From Tetramitus jugosus (lineage: Eukaryota > Protista > Heterolobosea): a stretch of 64,000 nt of DNA. Made by a program: the position numbers and the translations under genes. Position 1 is the first letter of the stretch. Each line of letters opens with the position of its first letter. The DNA lies in NCBI GenBank assembly GCA_937625935.1, contig OW569345.1, positions 620,001 through 684,000 of the forward strand, in the 5' to 3' direction. The notes under the pieces were generated by a model. The model had not been told where the DNA came from and did no database searches. It saw nothing but the letters and a program-made list of their open reading frames with translations. Of this stretch, positions 19,618 to 30,202 are shown piece by piece.

Positions 19618-21864
19618 TTAGGCATCTTTGATGGCACTCTTCAACTCTAACAAAATTTCCTTGAGAGAAATCTTTCCGTCATTGTTCTTATCCAATCGGG
19701 TAATAATCTCTTCAACAACATCGTCAGATGGCTTATCCTTCAACAGTTTCAAAGTTTCTCTCACTTCGTCAACAGAGATGACACCATCCTTGTCCTTATC
19801 CATCATATTCAAACTGTCACCAATCGCAGAGTCAACATGTTCAATATCTTCCTCCAACTTGCCAATCAATTCTCCAATCTTGCCTTGAATCTTGTTCAAT
19901 CTGTTTTGGTAGGCTTGTGGTTTGGTATCAGCGGTTGTCTCACCAATCAATTCAATATGGTCATTGATCAGAGCATCCAATTGTTCTCTCTCATTTCTGA
20001 GTGAGCTCTCGGAAGCAAGTGTAGCCAAGAGTTCGTTCAATGCTTGAATCTTTTGATGCTTCTCAGCTCTCTCGACAACATCTCTCTCTGATTCGTCTAC
20101 GGCAGCAGTTGTTGTGGTTGTTGTCGTTGTTGTAGCAGGAGCAACCTTGGAGGCAGCAGCGGCCACTGCAGGAGTAGCAGTTGTTCCCTTCTCTTTCCTG
20201 CTCTCCTCTTCTTCTTGAATCAACTTGTCCTGTCTCTTAACAGACTCCAACTTCTTCTCGTACACATTACCGGTGCTTCCAGGAGCTGATTGAAGTGCAA
20301 CCTCTCCTAGCACATCATCAGACAATGATCCCAGAGCCATCTTGATTGCATCAGATGATTTCACATCGACTTCGTTCGTGTATGTGAATGCACGAGACAA
20401 GAGCAACAGGGATGCTGGCACATTCTTGTTCAATGACAAATCAATCCAATCCTTCAACTGTTGTTGCATCTTCTCCTGAGATAGAACAACCTTCATGCCT
20501 CTGGCTTGACAAGCGTACATGAGTTCCTCGCGAGACAATGACTTGACACCTTCCCAGTAGATGAGTCTATCATCGGCCTTGAGTTGACGAATCTTTGTTC
20601 TCAGTCTAAATCTGAGATAAAAGTCAGATCCGTAGGGCGATATGCCCACCATTCGACACATGGCCATCAATTGCGCTCTAGACACATTGTCCAACGTAAT
20701 CTCATCAGAAAAAAGTTTGGCAAAACGGATAATGTCTTCGTTGCGCACAGGTTCTCCCTTACGAATCAAATTGACAAACTTTTGAAGTTCTTCGGCAGTG
20801 GCCACCGTTTCTGCTTGATCACTCTTCTTGAGCTCAAACGCCATCAATTCCACAGTGTCTTGCAAGAACTTTCCCAGTTCCAACTTGGCCTTGAACTCCC
20901 TTCTCAACTGCTCCTCCTTCTTGAGCTTGTCTTCGAACTGAGAGGGCAACATGTTGGGGAACAACTTGATAGCAACGGGCAACAACAATTCCATGAACGG
21001 AACAATCAAAAAGAAGGCAAACGGAACCAATCTAAAAATATCGGACGTGGTTCTCACCAAGTGATTCCTCTCACGTCTTGTCATGGTGTGACCCTTGAAG
21101 ATTTTGAGTGTGAGACGACAGGCAGACCGAATATCTGCCATCAACAGCTTAAATCCACTGTAATAGTGCTTCATTTCATGAACCACCTTCTTCTTGGCAA
21201 TGGCGTACCAGTCCTTGACAACCACTGGATTTTTTGCAAAGTCCCATGATCCTCTGGCCAATATCACAGTCATTCTCCATGTCCAACCAGGAATCTTTTG
21301 CATGAAAGCAATGGTTTTGAGCTTGAGTGCATCGATACGATCTTGAACAGTAGGTGGCTTCAACAGTTGAGCTGCTGTGCTCGATCTCTTGATCATTTTC
21401 TCCAATAGTTCATCTTGATTTTCACCACCAGCACTACCACTACTACTAGGGTTTGACACTGGTGGTGTGCCTGCAGCAGGAGCAGTAGTTGTAGTAGTAG
21501 TGGATGATGATGGTTTAGATGATGATGATGATGATTGCTGTTCAGAGTGAATAATGTTGATATGATACATGTTCATAGCACTGCTCCAAATGGTGTTTTT
21601 TGCTTGGAAACAACTATTGTGTAAATGATATTGTTTGTTGTGATTGTTGTTGTTCATGTGAGTACTCAAGTTTCTTCGATTTACAAATGGATTACTGTAA
21701 TTATTGTTGTTGTTGTTGTTCATGTGATTATTGTGAGTGTTGAATGCAAGGTATGATGATGTGACAGCAGCAGCAGTAGCAGTAGAAGATGAGGCAGTGA
21801 ATGATGAACTCGTACGAGCACCACATGTGGATGCTGCACTTCTCAGCAGAGATCTTTGCATCAT
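19618..21864 (-). CDS. LETM1: Mitochondrial LETM1/Mdm38 with C-terminal EF-hands
   Basis: HYYSGFKLL, TRRERNHLVRTTSDIFRLVPF..IVPFMELLLPVAIKLFPNMLPSQFE, ACQARGM; EF-hands DKDKDGVISVDE and DKNNDGKISLKE; Arg/Ser presequence. Confidence 0.96.
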   Translation of the reverse strand: MMQRSLLRSAASTCGARTSSSFTASSSTATAAAVTSSYLAFNTHNNHMNNNNNNNYSNPFVNRRNLSTHMNNNNHNKQYHLHNSCFQAKNTIWSSAMNMYHINIIHSEQQSSSSSSKPSSSTTTTTTAPAAGTPPVSNPSSSGSAGGENQDELLEKMIKRSSTAAQLLKPPTVQDRIDALKLKTIAFMQKIPGWTWRMTVILARGSWDFAKNPVVVKDWYAIAKKKVVHEMKHYYSGFKLLMADIRSACRLTLKIFKGHTMTRRERNHLVRTTSDIFRLVPFAFFLIVPFMELLLPVAIKLFPNMLPSQFEDKLKKEEQLRREFKAKLELGKFLQDTVELMAFELKKSDQAETVATAEELQKFVNLIRKGEPVRNEDIIRFAKLFSDEITLDNVSRAQLMAMCRMVGISPYGSDFYLRFRLRTKIRQLKADDRLIYWEGVKSLSREELMYACQARGMKVVLSQEKMQQQLKDWIDLSLNKNVPASLLLLSRAFTYTNEVDVKSSDAIKMALGSLSDDVLGEVALQSAPGSTGNVYEKKLESVKRQDKLIQEEEESRKEKGTTATPAVAAAASKVAPATTTTTTTTTAAVDESERDVVERAEKHQKIQALNELLATLASESSLRNEREQLDALINDHIELIGETTADTKPQAYQNRLNKIQGKIGELIGKLEEDIEHVDSAIGDSLNMMDKDKDGVISVDEVRETLKLLKDKPSDDVVEEIITRLDKNNDGKISLKEILLELKSAIKDA

Positions 21865-22370
21865 TTTTTTTTTCTAAGTTGTTTTTTTTGTGTAAAAAGT
21901 GTGAGAATTTGGTCTCTTTTTGTCGTTGTAGAGAAAAGGGTGTTTTGTGTTGGGTGATGGTAGGTGGGTAGGTGGGTGGATGATGATGCGTTGTTGTTGT
22001 TGTCTGTGTGGTGGGTGGCCAGCAGCGAAAAAAGGGATGTTTTTTGTTTTTTGGGTTTTTTTTTTATTTTTTTTCTGTTATTTGGTGATCTTTGTGCAAT
22101 GTTACTCCGACAGCCTAAACTTCATCCACAGTTGTTTCTCTGTGCTGGTGTTGTTTGAAGGGACAATAGGAGATTTGGTATTGTCTGTGTTCCATGGACA
22201 TGACTACCAGAGGTGGTTCGCAACTCTGAGTCTTTTACTTTGGCTGGTAGTTATGTGGGCAGATGGGGAGACGGGGGAACTCGGAGATTCAACCAAAGGT
22301 GAGATCTCAAAACGAGAGGGAAAAACAACGAGATCTAACTACTACCATCGCAACCAAAAAACATTGAATC

Positions 22371-23360
22371 ATGTCTGATCTATCACCGTGGGAAGAATTG
22401 ATATCGATCGTTGCTGCACGATTGTCTGTTTCAACTCTGGAAGGAGTCATTAACACTGTTCTCTTCTGTCCCTTGTCCAGAGCGAGAGTTATGCTTCAAA
22501 CGAGGAGAACTCCACCTCATGTCGGAAACTACAAGACAGAGGATCATTTGTCCATTGTTGATCCCTCGGAAGGAGATTTTCAAGTGTTGGGCGTGTGTGG
22601 CCGTACTGTGAGGAATCAAGGGCTCGCTGCCATGTGGAAGGGTTCACTCGCACAGATATTGAAAACCATAAAGTTGAGTATGGTGAATTTGGGAGTCATG
22701 GAAGTTTTGACTCTGTTGATTGAAAAGCTGTATGATTCACAACTCCGTGAAAAGGGAGGCCTCGATATGAATCCACTGGTGTTCATTGCCATGTTGGCTA
22801 CAGTGTCGAGTGCTGAGGCACTTGCAACAACTCCATTTAGAGCAGTGTTTACTCGATGTGCTGTTGACTCGGGAACCGTTCCAAAGTACAAAAACTCAAT
22901 TGACTGTGCGCTGAAAATGGTCAATGAACCAAGAGGATGGAGATCATTCTTCACTGGTGCTTCATGCTCGATATTTGGTTCCATTCTTCAAAAGAGTCTC
23001 TATGTACTCAGCTCGGTGTTGTTGGGCACTGCACTTGGAAAAGTACAGGCATCTCCATCATTCACCCTACAGGTGGTCAACATCTTCTCCTTGACCGTGC
23101 CCCATCTCATCATTTATCCCTTCGATACAGTACAGAGAAGAATGGTTGTGGACGAGGAGGAGAACCCAGACAAAGAACAGCCAGCTTTCATTGACAAGAT
23201 GTCCTCAATTGTTCAGACAGAAGGATTCTCCTCTCTCTATCGAGGATACCTGGTGAATCAGGCTGTTGTATTGGGCAAGAATTTCCTTTCATTGGCGATT
23301 CAGGAGTCCATTCTCTTTTACATCACCAAGAGATTGGTGACCGCAGAAGCAAACCTCTAA
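22371..23360 (+). CDS. Mitochondrial carrier family (SLC25) protein, divergent ADP/ATP-carrier-like
   Basis: Three carrier repeats: CPLSRARVMLQ..QGLAAMWKG, TPFRAVFTR..RGWRSFFTG, YPFDTVQRRM..EGFSSLYRG. Confidence 0.85.
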   Translation: MSDLSPWEELISIVAARLSVSTLEGVINTVLFCPLSRARVMLQTRRTPPHVGNYKTEDHLSIVDPSEGDFQVLGVCGRTVRNQGLAAMWKGSLAQILKTIKLSMVNLGVMEVLTLLIEKLYDSQLREKGGLDMNPLVFIAMLATVSSAEALATTPFRAVFTRCAVDSGTVPKYKNSIDCALKMVNEPRGWRSFFTGASCSIFGSILQKSLYVLSSVLLGTALGKVQASPSFTLQVVNIFSLTVPHLIIYPFDTVQRRMVVDEEENPDKEQPAFIDKMSSIVQTEGFSSLYRGYLVNQAVVLGKNFLSLAIQESILFYITKRLVTAEANL

Positions 23361-23448
23361 ATCCAGTAAATAAATTATCAGACGACTCTCATTGTATTAT
23401 TGAAAGTGCGTGAAAGTCCGGAACTCCCCGTTGGTCAAAAATGACGAG

Positions 23449-23961
23449 ATGAATCCCTGCATCCTGACCAAAGAAGCAAAAACCCAACAGAAAGCTATCA
23501 TGCAAGAAAGAAACCAGAGTAACAATCCAGTCGAAGCAGATCCATGCAAAAACTGTCCAAACAACCAATTGGCAAATGAACAAGCAAGTGAAGAGAAGAA
23601 AAAGGAACGGTCGCTCGTCATTCTGAACCAACAAGAAATGGAAGTCATGTACAACGATACGACAAAGGTGCCAACAAAGTCCAAAGTCGCCAGAGCTCAT
23701 CTCATGAGACGAGAGCTCGAAAAAAACAAGGAATATCTGTACTGCACGTGTGGTTACTCTGCTCTGAGCTGTCAACCATTTTGCGATGGTACATGCGAGA
23801 AGGGAGTGTCTCAGGATGGTCAACAAGTGATTCAAGGCTGGAAACCAATGAAGTTCAAGGTGACAGTCGATCAAAAATTTTGGGCCATGTGCGGATGCAA
23901 GAGAAACAAGTCTCAAGGACCAACATGTGACGGTTCTCACATTGACATTGAGGATTGGTAG
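23449..23961 (+). CDS. Double CDGSH iron-sulfur protein (CISD3/MiNT-like)
   Basis: YCTCGYS..QPFCDGTC and MCGCKR..GPTCDGSH; start uncertain. Confidence 0.85.
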   Translation: MNPCILTKEAKTQQKAIMQERNQSNNPVEADPCKNCPNNQLANEQASEEKKKERSLVILNQQEMEVMYNDTTKVPTKSKVARAHLMRRELEKNKEYLYCTCGYSALSCQPFCDGTCEKGVSQDGQQVIQGWKPMKFKVTVDQKFWAMCGCKRNKSQGPTCDGSHIDIEDW

Positions 23962-24223
23962 TGACTGTCTCTCTTCCATCAACCTTTTTCATACAGTGAA
24001 CCTTCAAGTTCGACCAAGTGTAACCTAAAAAAAGAAAAAGCTTTCTTCTGGCTTGTCGAAACAAAGACCTCCATCCTGGAACTTACTTTGAAGCACAACA
24101 ACAACACTGCGTGCACGCACATCCAACATAACATTCTTATCCATAAACACCTGTTTTTTTTTGACAACCAATTTGAACTTGCTTTTGGAACCCAGCAAAC
24201 AAAAAGCAAAACAATTTGAAAAT

Positions 24224-27200
24224 ATGCCCATCAAACCCAACTTTAACAACAGCAATCATGAGCACGATGATGATCAAACAGATCAATATGTGTTGCTTGT
24301 TTATACGACTGCCAAGAAACAACAACAACAAGCTACAATGACAAGCTTACAATCAGATGATAACGATAATGATGATTCTTCATCTGCTTCAACTGAAGTC
24401 ATTCAGCGATGGCGTGAATTTTCTCTTCCTATCCAAGCACACAGAGTTGAAGACTGGTGCGGCCTACAAAACTTGAGATACTATCGAATCACAACATCAA
24501 ACAATGACAGTAGAGCTTCTAGTGTCATGGCTGCATCTAGAAGTCTCATAAACAACAACAAGAACAACAAGGACAAGAATCAAAAAGCTCTGACAGTGTA
24601 TGACGATGTTGAAATTGGCGCCAAAAAATTGCGTCACGGTTGTAGCTACATGGTGTGTGGATTCACCTCGAGTAATAGTGGTGAGGATGATGGGAGGCAA
24701 AAGTTTCAGTTTTTTCCGTCTACTACGGGTTGGAATGATCCAGATAGTGATACTGATAGTGACCTTTCTATGGAGGATATGGATGGTTTTAACAGGTGGG
24801 CCAGCAGTATGAGCAATAATAACAATTACTTTTTCCAGGGGAGCAGTAGTGGTGGCCATAGCTTCTACAATGACACAATGATGGACCATGATGATGATGA
24901 TCGGGTACCAGGTCTCGAACCCATAGGCACGACTATGATGACTTATGGAAATCAGAGTAGCAGTAGCAGCACTGCTATTTATGAGTCGGATGATGAGAGT
25001 CAAAGGCAACGTGTAGGGCAATTGTTGCCCATGCAGTCACTGGGTGAAGAGAAACATTATAATGCATCGTCGTATTATGACGAAGATGATCAACAGTTGA
25101 CAAGTGATGATCAGTGGAACGCACGATCCTACTATTCCACGTATGAAGAATCACATGACAGTTATTTAGTGTCGGGAGGCACAAGTACGACTGGTGGAGG
25201 TGACAATGACGAAGAGGATCGCTATTCGACAATTGCATTGCAGTTCGTGATTCTGACCGAGGTCGATTACAATGAAGCAGTTGTGCTCACTTTTGGACAA
25301 ACGTTGGAACAAGCGTTGATTAATTACTATGATAGCTTGTTGATTGATTTTGACAGAGAGCATTGTATTGTCGATGATATGGGATCGTACGATCTTCTAG
25401 AACAGAGAGAGCACTGCACTTTGAACTATCAGTTGATATTGGCTGCTTCGGAAGGAAACACGGATCGTATCGAACTGTTGTTAACACTGTCGGAGCGAGC
25501 CATTAATCCAGCATATCAAACGATGGACGGTATGACAGCAATGATGTTTGCTGCGAAGAAGGGACATAAGTCCATTCTAGAAATGTTGTTGGCCAATCCT
25601 ACTGCTAAAACAACCATTGACTTGGCAGAAAAGGAACAGAATTGGACAGCATTACACTTTGCCGCTGGAACAAATCAAGAAGATTGTTTCCGATTGCTTG
25701 TAGAAAATGGTGCCAATGTTTGTGTGTTCGATAAAGATGGTTACAGTGTCTTGCATTTGGCTCTATGCAATAAGGCGACCGACATTGTAGATACTTGTCT
25801 TGAATTAGTGACAAAAGAGGACGATATGCGCAGCCTTAATAGACCGAACAACGAAGGATCTACTCCAGTTGTATTGGCCATTGTTCATCATCACTATTCC
25901 ACAGCAATAAGCATGATTAACAAATTAGAAGATTTAGATTTGAGTATACCTGATACGGATGGATACACACCGCTGATTCACGCTATCAAAGAGGAGGAGT
26001 TTGAATTGGTAAAGTGCATTCTAAATCATCCATCTGGTTTGGCCACAATTGACTATCGCTCAAGATCTGGTAAAACACCACTCATGTATGCTGCTTCAAT
26101 GGATCAACTGGATGTCATGGAAGAATTGTTGAGTCACGGTGCCGATATCGATTTGAGAGACATTGTGCGCGATTACAGCGCTGTTATGTTCGCTTTGGAT
26201 CACAGCAACCTCCAAGCTGCTCGATTACTGATTGCCAATGGTTGTGATGTGCGCTCAAAGTATGACGATATGACAGTTGCAGAGTTTTGCACAATTAATG
26301 GCTATATTGAAGTATTAGAGCAGTTGGTTGAAGCAGGGGTCGATATCAACATAGGTAGTAATGAGGAGAGCGGGGATGAAACTACTCACGTACAGGATAC
26401 TCTCTTGTTGGCAATTTCATCCAACGATGTAGATAAGATTCGACAACTTCTTCAATCCTCTCAAGTTGATGCTAACAAGAAGCATGAGATTACAGGAGAA
26501 ACTCCTTTGCATCGAGCGGCCGCAAATGGGAACCCTGAAATTATGACTCTCTTATTATCACTCTGTAGTGACATTAACATCCAGGATACTTTTGGCCGGA
26601 CCCCTCTTCACGTTGCGAGATATTGCAAACATTTAGCTGTCGCTGACGAGTTAACTCAAATGGGAGCTGATGAAACGATACGAGATTTGTCTGGAGTTTG
26701 TCCTTGTGCTATTTTCCCCACGACAGAGTGCATTTTAGTGGACCAGGCGAAGGTGACAAAGATTCAACACATTGGTCCAGCATCACCAATCGTACCGCAA
26801 GGCCAACTATATCAAGCAAGTTTTAACAACCAGATTGTAGAACTGACAGAGTACACGATCGCAACAAAAGAGGAGGCAATCGATACTTGCAGAAGACTAG
26901 TGCTCTTGCAGCAGCGTCTTCCAAAGCTTTACAATCATATTCTTCCATCCGCAGAAAAACAACAGAAAGCAGATGCTTCCATATATTCCCTATTCCCTCG
27001 CATTCATGGATTTTACTTCCATGAGAATACTGTAGGTATTATACAAGATTTGCCAACGATTGAGGCCATACCATTTGATATTCACTCCACAGAGGGTCGT
27101 AGTGTCTCATTAAAGATGGATCTGTCGATACAAGTTTGGAGCAACTTGGCTATCTTGCACAGCATCGGTCTTACTCATGGAAACATTAGAAAGAATAATG

Positions 27201-28576
27201 TACTCCGAACAAGCGATGGTTATGTTCTGTTCCGGAACTTTGCTTTACCATGCATTGCAGATCATTTTGGTCAATACAATACAATTGCTCCCGAAGTTGT
27301 CACCGGTGGATACAAGGCTATAAGCACAAAAGCTGATGTGTACAGTTGTGCCGTGATAATATTTGAAATGATAATGCAGCAGGAGTACAACAAAGATCGC
27401 ACATCCTACGATAATGACTCAGCTAAGAACCTTGTTCCTGAAAAAACTTGGCGATTAATTGGTCCTTATCTGAGACCTGATGTTGAAATCCGTAATCCTG
27501 ACGCTCGACACGCTCTGGAACTCTTCTTGGCTTACAAGGCCGATTTGATCAGCACCCCACTAAGTGATGATGCGGATGAGATTATGAAAGAGTTGCAGTA
27601 CATGAATGTACACAATACCTTGTCAACGAACAAATTCATTAGAACGAAGTGTGACGCATATTCCTTTAATGACCACAGAGAGAGACGCATATCATTTGAA
27701 GCAAACAATCAGATTTCAAAGTGTATAGCGAAGATTAAAGAAACGATAGAGGGTATTGTGCATCTTACTACCGAAGAGACAACCGCACTGCAAAACTTGG
27801 ATCAATTCCTATCAACGAATCCCTCTGATCCTTCAGCTGCTTCTCAGTTCACGAGTGAAGCAACCTATTCGTTGATTCACAAGCTGCTGACACAAATGCC
27901 CGATCAATTTATGGCACTGGACTTGTTCAGATTATTCGTTTTGAACTCGAAGATTCTTCCAACTGTGCTATCTGCCAAGCACGTACACATTGTGGATGAA
28001 CTTTTGAACAACGCAAGAGATAATTATGCCAACTTGTCTATGAACTCAAAGTTGATGTTAAATAGATTGTTGTGTAATATTTCTGCTGATGCGAGTGGAA
28101 GAGCTTACTTGTCTTCCACTTCTGAAAAGAGATCAATTATTGCTGGACTCATTGGTCGTGGGCTCATACTGAAAGGAGACAACGAGAAATCTGTCGGAGG
28201 TGTCCGTGTCACAGCAGCTGCCTTGGCACTGAATATGCGATTGGATATTCACAAGCCGGCTATTGATTGCGATAGTGTGTCCTTGCAGTTAAATGACGAC
28301 ACGAGAAAACTAGTGCTTGCCATTTTGTTTAGTCTCAAGGCTGCACAACCAGTATTTGCCGAAGACATCATTCATCGTCTCTCCGTAACCTTGTACTCTC
28401 TGCTCAAGCAGGATGACCTCATTCTGTCTCTTGTCTTGTCCAGGAAGGACTTTAAGGTGGAAGAACTGGAGTCTGTCATCTCTGCTCAGAGTGAAGCTCT
28501 TTCTCTTGCATTGAAGTCACTTCTTGCACTACCGTCAGCCCAGATCACCAAACCCAGTGTACTCGAGGATATTTGA
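24224..28576 (+). CDS. Ankyrin repeat - pseudokinase - PUL-like multidomain protein
   Basis: Ankyrin repeats (GMTAMMFAA, WTALHFAA, GKTPLMYAA, GETPLHRAA); kinase-like THGNIRKNNVL, IAPE, ADVYS; PUL-like ALDLFRLFVLN, MLNRLLCN. Confidence 0.8.
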   Translation: MPIKPNFNNSNHEHDDDQTDQYVLLVYTTAKKQQQQATMTSLQSDDNDNDDSSSASTEVIQRWREFSLPIQAHRVEDWCGLQNLRYYRITTSNNDSRASSVMAASRSLINNNKNNKDKNQKALTVYDDVEIGAKKLRHGCSYMVCGFTSSNSGEDDGRQKFQFFPSTTGWNDPDSDTDSDLSMEDMDGFNRWASSMSNNNNYFFQGSSSGGHSFYNDTMMDHDDDDRVPGLEPIGTTMMTYGNQSSSSSTAIYESDDESQRQRVGQLLPMQSLGEEKHYNASSYYDEDDQQLTSDDQWNARSYYSTYEESHDSYLVSGGTSTTGGGDNDEEDRYSTIALQFVILTEVDYNEAVVLTFGQTLEQALINYYDSLLIDFDREHCIVDDMGSYDLLEQREHCTLNYQLILAASEGNTDRIELLLTLSERAINPAYQTMDGMTAMMFAAKKGHKSILEMLLANPTAKTTIDLAEKEQNWTALHFAAGTNQEDCFRLLVENGANVCVFDKDGYSVLHLALCNKATDIVDTCLELVTKEDDMRSLNRPNNEGSTPVVLAIVHHHYSTAISMINKLEDLDLSIPDTDGYTPLIHAIKEEEFELVKCILNHPSGLATIDYRSRSGKTPLMYAASMDQLDVMEELLSHGADIDLRDIVRDYSAVMFALDHSNLQAARLLIANGCDVRSKYDDMTVAEFCTINGYIEVLEQLVEAGVDINIGSNEESGDETTHVQDTLLLAISSNDVDKIRQLLQSSQVDANKKHEITGETPLHRAAANGNPEIMTLLLSLCSDINIQDTFGRTPLHVARYCKHLAVADELTQMGADETIRDLSGVCPCAIFPTTECILVDQAKVTKIQHIGPASPIVPQGQLYQASFNNQIVELTEYTIATKEEAIDTCRRLVLLQQRLPKLYNHILPSAEKQQKADASIYSLFPRIHGFYFHENTVGIIQDLPTIEAIPFDIHSTEGRSVSLKMDLSIQVWSNLAILHSIGLTHGNIRKNNVLRTSDGYVLFRNFALPCIADHFGQYNTIAPEVVTGGYKAISTKADVYSCAVIIFEMIMQQEYNKDRTSYDNDSAKNLVPEKTWRLIGPYLRPDVEIRNPDARHALELFLAYKADLISTPLSDDADEIMKELQYMNVHNTLSTNKFIRTKCDAYSFNDHRERRISFEANNQISKCIAKIKETIEGIVHLTTEETTALQNLDQFLSTNPSDPSAASQFTSEATYSLIHKLLTQMPDQFMALDLFRLFVLNSKILPTVLSAKHVHIVDELLNNARDNYANLSMNSKLMLNRLLCNISADASGRAYLSSTSEKRSIIAGLIGRGLILKGDNEKSVGGVRVTAAALALNMRLDIHKPAIDCDSVSLQLNDDTRKLVLAILFSLKAAQPVFAEDIIHRLSVTLYSLLKQDDLILSLVLSRKDFKVEELESVISAQSEALSLALKSLLALPSAQITKPSVLEDI

Positions 28577-28895
28577 TAAGGTTGGACAATAAAAGAGAAC
28601 CTTACTGTGCAGCGAAATGTATAAAAATACAATAGTTGAACTCTTTTGACGTCATCGAACCCAACCACAGCCACAACAAATAGGATGAATCCTTTTTAAA
28701 AAAACCTCCTCCTTCCAAGAACCCAGTCGAACGAACCATACCCAACAGCTCTCTGAAATCAAACATCAACGACCCCCACTATCCCCTTCGTCCGAACACG
28801 GTCTGGCAGAAAAAAAGAAGCAGGAAAAAACAATCATCCAAAAATCAAAATCGATCAAAGAACAAAAACAACACAACAACAACAACCATAACAAA

Positions 28896-29754
28896 ATGAA
28901 CACAGGAAACAAAGTAGAAATCAAGGTCGTACTCGTCGGAAGTGTAGGCGTAGGAAAAACTTCGACGGTACTACGGTTCATCAAAGACAATTTCAAAGAA
29001 TATTTAGAGACGACGATTGGAGCGTCATACATGTCCAGAAATATGACTGTAGAGGATATGGTCATCAATTATAATGTCTGGGATACGGGTGCGTACATAC
29101 ATGTTTTACTTGACGTCAATCATAATGGCAAAAAAACGAAAAAGCTAAACCATTTCTTTATTTATGTATACATTTCATTGTTGAACAAATTGGCTACCAC
29201 CAACTGTTTTTGTTGCTGTTGCTGCTTGTCTGTGGAAAACGTATGTGTGTTACTTTTTTTTGGGGCGCTTCCCAGCTGGACAAGAAAAATTCCATTCTCT
29301 CGTTCCTCTGTACTTTAGAAAAGCAACGGCCGTTTTGGTCGTGTATGATTTATCAAGACAAAAGACGTATGAAGATGCAAAACAATGGGTGAAAGCTCTG
29401 AGAAATCACGCACCAGAAAATGCAATTATCGCACTTGCTGGCAATAAGCTCGATCTTGCTAATTTGAGAGACGTTGAAACTGAAGAGGCCAAACAGTATG
29501 CCAACGAAATTGGCGCCATTTTTAGAGAAACGTCGGCAAAGGACTCTACGGGCATTATTCAAATTTTTGAAGAGATTGGAAGGACTCATTTGAACAGAAT
29601 TGGCGAAAGCAGGAGAGCTGATCGTCGCGATGACAATCGTGGTCATGGCAATGTAGGTGTCAATACCGGTAGCCATGACGCAGATTCAGATGTGCCCAAC
29701 CTGAATGGAGGAAACAATGGAACGTCGCCACCGCCACGAAGAATCTGTTGTTAA
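28896..29754 (+). CDS. Rab GTPase, Rab5/Rab22 group; 2 exons (28896-29088, 29276-29754)
   Basis: GSVGVGKT, TTIGASY, spliced WDTAGQEKFHSL, GNKLD, ETSAK, C-terminal CC; intron 29089-29275 GTGCGT...CAG. Confidence 0.93.
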
Positions 29755-30202
29755 TACCAAGCTTTTGATGCTGCTGCTGCTGCTGTGTGATGTGACATTT
29801 GTGCGTCATTAAAAATATGGAAAGCTTTTGACTTGATTCGATGTCAGGGTAACAAATAATAATAATACTGCTGCTGCTGCTACGAATCGATCAGGTGAGC
29901 AAACAGAAGAATCTGATATGTGTGTAGCTATAGTATGATGATCAGGTGAGCGAACACGATTCAGGGAAACTGGGAGAGAAGTGTGCTGCCCTGAATCCCA
30001 TGGGATATTCGTTGTGTGCAAGTGATGTGTACAGCTGTCTCTGTATCAATTGCACTCAATCGTGTCGTACCTAACTAAATTGACAGATATTTATAAATAA
30101 AGAAAGCTCTCCAGATTGTTTGTCTGACAACAGCGCGCCATATTTTTCTACGGAAAATGGAGCAATTTGGAGCTCTAAACTCAATACCGAAGAACGAACA
30201 GA

